Below are positions 60,294 to 64,000 of a DNA stretch of 64,000 nt, piece after piece. The DNA is from the human T2T-CHM13v2.0 reference genome, Homo sapiens. The DNA lies in the NCBI GenBank assembly GCA_009914755.4, contig CP068257.2, positions 35,168,001 through 35,232,000 on the forward strand. The letters run 5' to 3'. A program made the translations under genes and the position numbers. The notes below the pieces were generated by a model. The model saw only the letters and a program-made list of their open reading frames with translations, did no database searches and was not told where the DNA came from. Position 1 is the stretch's first letter. Each line of letters starts with the position of its first letter.

Positions 60294-60584
60294 AAAGGTG
60301 ATACACAGTAGGTACTCCATAAATGTTGGTTTCCTAAAAGTGATACATAGTAGACACTCCATAAATTTAGTTTCCTAAAGTTGATGTGTGGTGGGCACTC
60401 AGTAAATGTTGGCTTTGTAAAGTTGGTACATAGTAGGCACATAATAAATGTTGCTTCCTAAAGTTGATACCTAGCGGCAGTCAATAAATGTTGGTTTCCT
60501 AAAGAAAATACACAGTAGGCACTCAATAAATGTTGGTTTCCTAAAGTTCCTATACATTAGGCACTCAATAAATGTCGAGGTCCT
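60251..60584 (+). repeat. Minisatellite: 8 tandem copies of a 41-43-bp unit derived from the MIR 3' tail
   Basis: The eight units are aaaagttgatacaaagtaggtactcaataaatgttgagttcct, aaaggtgatacacagtaggtactccataaatgttggtttcct, aaaagtgatacatagtagacactccataaatttagtttcct, aaagttgatgtgtggtgggcactcagtaaatgttggctttgt, aaagttggtacatagtaggcacataataaatgttgcttcct, aaagttgatacctagcggcagtcaataaatgttggtttcct, aaagaaaatacacagtaggcactcaataaatgttggtttcct and aaagttcctatacattaggcactcaataaatgtcgaggtcct. Unit boundaries were counted from the sequence. Confidence 0.95.
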
Positions 60585-62441
60585 CTGTCCTCCTGAGACC
60601 TTTGGGACCTCCACCAAGACATTTCCAAGGGGCCTAGACTGGTGTTTCCAACCAGGCAGGGCAGTTCCCCTGAATGTTTCTATTTGTTTATTTTCGGGGG
60701 GAGGTATATCCAGTTTTTGTGCTGTTGTTGATATTGTTGTTGTTATTATTTGCTTTGTTTTTGGCGAAACAAAGAGTGGATAATGAAACTACAAAAAAAT
60801 TCTAAAAGAAGAATCCTTGAGGCAGCAGAATGGGAAGAAATAGTTTTCAGAACAAAGAAAATTCTGAAGGAAAGTCAATATACCGCACAGAAATCTAGGT
60901 TGAGAAAGAACTGTTTTTCCCTTACATCTCCTTTTTACTTTTCAACCTTGAGGCTCAGCTCACTCAGGTCTGAGCAAGAATAAAGAGTCCTGCTTGTCTA
61001 AACAACTGCTAAATCTGAAGGCAAACAGCTCAACTCCATGTGGTTCTTCAGCAACATTCCTGTCAACAAACCCCGTCTTGGCTCGATTGGTCCAACAATA
61101 CCAGATTTAGAGCCATCCGCTCATCCTTCTTCCAGGATGCAAGGGGATTTTCAAAAGGCCATTCCAGGAACAGCTCTCACAATTTTTGTAGCCTTTTCAA
61201 AAACACAAAAAATCTAATTCATTTGCTGCACTGCTTCAGCCATCCAGCTTAAACTAATTTTAAAATCTCTCCTTTTGTAAATAGAGATGTTAGAAACGCC
61301 ACCACAGCCACAATATAAAATGATGGTATCTTTCTCTTTTGTAATCAAATTACCATCATTTATTATAAAGCTTCAGACAGAAACCTGAGAGATGGGCAAG
61401 ACGACCTGGCGTTCAGAAGAGAGAGATGGCATTTTTGACATTGAAATAAAGGCTTGGAGGGCATAAATCCTTTTTTAAAAATCAAGTATTTAGCACAGGA
61501 TTTGGTATAAACACTGATCAATAAATAAGAGCCAGCAGTCATAGCAGCACGCTAGAATCAACATCATCTGAGTTCTAGCACAGACTCGTTTCTATGAATC
61601 ATTGAAAAGGAATTTCATGGTGCCAGCAGCATCAGTACAGAAAGTCAGAATAAGCACTTAGACAGTAATACCAGCAACTTATTTACTATCCTACGTTAGA
61701 GTCAGTTTGCTGGATTTTATATAAGGTAAGTAATGGATATCTAAGGTACTGTCAATTAAAAAAAGTTCTCCAAAGTAATTTTTATTTAAAGTTGCATATG
61801 ATAAACTGTAAAACCAAAATAACATTTGGGTCAAAACTCCAAAGAGTTGGGCTATCACTAAGCTAGAAAGAGAAAAACAGCAGAAAGAGGATTTTCTTGC
61901 TGATATGCCAAAAACGTGACTCTATTTCTTTCAACAGGGTTTATTGTTTTCTTCCTGTTTTACAACAGCAATACATATAAGAATTTTTTTTAATTCAGAA
62001 AATTGCAGAGATAAGGGGAAATTTCTCCCCTAATTCTATTCCCCAAAGAGAACTGCCTTTCATGTATTCTGGCAAAATTCTCTCATCTTCTTTCAATGCA
62101 TGCAGAAACCTTTTGTTTATTTACTTTTCGAAAACAAAATTGGGTCATACAATAGGTATTGTTTTCTGATCTGCTTTTCTAATTTTTAAATGCTGTGCAA
62201 CAGTTAATCAAACGGATATACAATTAACCTCCCATTATTAAACACCAAGAACAGCTTCTATTTTTCTGTATTATAAATGGCAAAGCGACGAACATCCACA
62301 TATATAAAACTTTGCATCACTTCATCTACTTGGGTTAAATTCCTACAAACTGAATTGTTGGGTCAAAATACACGCACATTTTAAGGTATGTGATATACAA
62401 GACATGCCAGAAAAATTGTGTTAATTCTGCACAATGTATGA

Positions 62442-62776
<335 letters not shown>

Positions 62777-64000
62777 ATCAACTGTAAAGCTTTTTGTATA
62801 CTGAAAATATTAAACTTTTATGATTATATTCCAACTATTTTTCCTCCATTAGTAACCTGTTTCATAGTGCTGCTTAATGCAGAGAATTTTATTATTGTAG
62901 ACCAATCAATCTGCCTTTTTCTTTTATCATTTTCCCTTGGATTTATAAGCTTAGAAAGGCCTTTCCTATCCTAAGAGCAAATACAAAATCTGCTTTACAT
63001 ATTGAACTAATATTGGGATGGTACTGATTTTTATTGCAATATTTGAGAAGGCAAAACAGAGTTTAAGGAAAGAAAAAAGAAATCCCAAAGGATGGGGAAA
63101 GAGGTGAGAAGGCTTCTAAAAATAACATTTGGCAGACACCGGCTCAATGCAAGTCTAATTTGCTTCTTAGTTAATGAAGGAGAAAATGGAGATGGCGAAG
63201 AAATAAAAGGTCCATTCTAGAATGGCAATAATAAAATCCCCTGTGAAGACAATAACAACATTCTTGTTATACATGGAAATCTAATCCTAAAATAATAACG
63301 CATATATTGATATAACAGCACTGTGAATAAATTCCATTTAAGCTATGTTATTTTAACAATGACCCAGAAAATGTTAAACTAAAGAAGTTTGTTACATGCC
63401 TAGTTTGGCCCACTTAGAGAGCCACAGGTTCTCAGAAACATATCTGGAAAAGGCCTTTTTGTCTGCAATCAATGCATCCATCATGGTGCACCAACTGGCT
63501 GACTACAAAGAGCTTACACATAAATATATGTGCATATACATATAGATTTTACTTGCATCAAAAGGTAAAAATAGAATTTGGTTTATTTTGTAAAGCCATT
63601 CAACGTAATCATAATCTCATTAGGATCCAGCAGAAAAGAATGACTCTGGCAGCTTTTTGCTGGGACCCTGGTACCTCCTTCTGCGGGTAGAAAAGGAGCC
63701 CCTGGGGGCATCTGGGTGGAAGGAAGGCTCGGAGGCTGGAGACTTGCTTGCCTGGATGCCAGCCAGTGTGGCAAAGATGTCCAGGGCAGCCTAGAGTTTC
63801 TGCTGGGGGCAGGGGTAGGGGTGGTCAGGGCACAGCCAAGTACCGGGCAGTATCCACCCCAGCCCCCACTGAACTGCCAGCATCCGGCTCTGCCTGTCTT
63901 TGGCTTCTGGCTTGCTTTCCTAGCCTGATTCTCTGACCTTCCCCTCAGCATTGAGAGCTCTCCAACATTCATCCTTCCAGTGCATTTCTTTTCTGCTTAA

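Noticed and set aside
60251-60584. Regularly spaced ~42-bp repeats, superficially CRISPR-like
   Set aside because: The context is a eukaryotic primate genome. There are no unique spacers between repeats, the units are contiguous and derive from a MIR SINE tail, and there are no cas genes. It is a minisatellite, not a CRISPR array.

Overview
This window is human (primate) nuclear DNA. At least 27 Alu SINEs, in both orientations and mostly with poly-A tails and target-site duplications, place it in a primate genome. It is not a prokaryotic locus: there are no operons, no CRISPR array, no rRNA and no tRNA that I can support. By eye roughly 40-45% of the window is interspersed repeat. That fraction comprises Alu (AluJ/S/Y-like), several L1 fragments (one old L1 carrying nested Alus, one with a twin-priming-type 5' inversion, two 3'-UTR ends), at least 8-10 MIR/L2 remnants, one MaLR-type LTR, one Tigger-like MITE, and microsatellites ((GT)n, (CA)n, (GAAT)n, (TA)n, (CAAA)n). 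I cannot support any protein-coding exon. Every ORF of 100 aa or more in the six-frame track is either repeat-derived (Alu read-through, L1 ORF2 fragment, poly-A giving poly-K) or a low-complexity Pro/Ala/Gly-rich ORF in a GC-rich block with an overlapping antisense ORF. The observations I would follow up are: (i) unique, repeat-free, AT-rich blocks that nevertheless retain many CpGs and carry homeodomain/PBX-HOX-type motifs, which look like conserved non-coding elements or developmental enhancers of a gene-poor locus (32.5-33.5 kb, 58.9-59.7 kb, 5.3-6.6 kb, 19.5-19.7 kb); (ii) a ~170-bp inverted repeat pair about 2.6 kb apart (29.05 kb / 31.86 kb); (iii) a 42-bp x 8 minisatellite grown from the 3' tail of a MIR element (60.25-60.58 kb); (iv) a ~190-bp direct segmental repeat (40.56 kb / 42.54 kb) with a GAAT expansion in one copy; (v) a head-to-head Alu pair abutting a (TA)n tract. 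All coordinates are approximate (+/- a few bp) because they were read by eye from the sequence.
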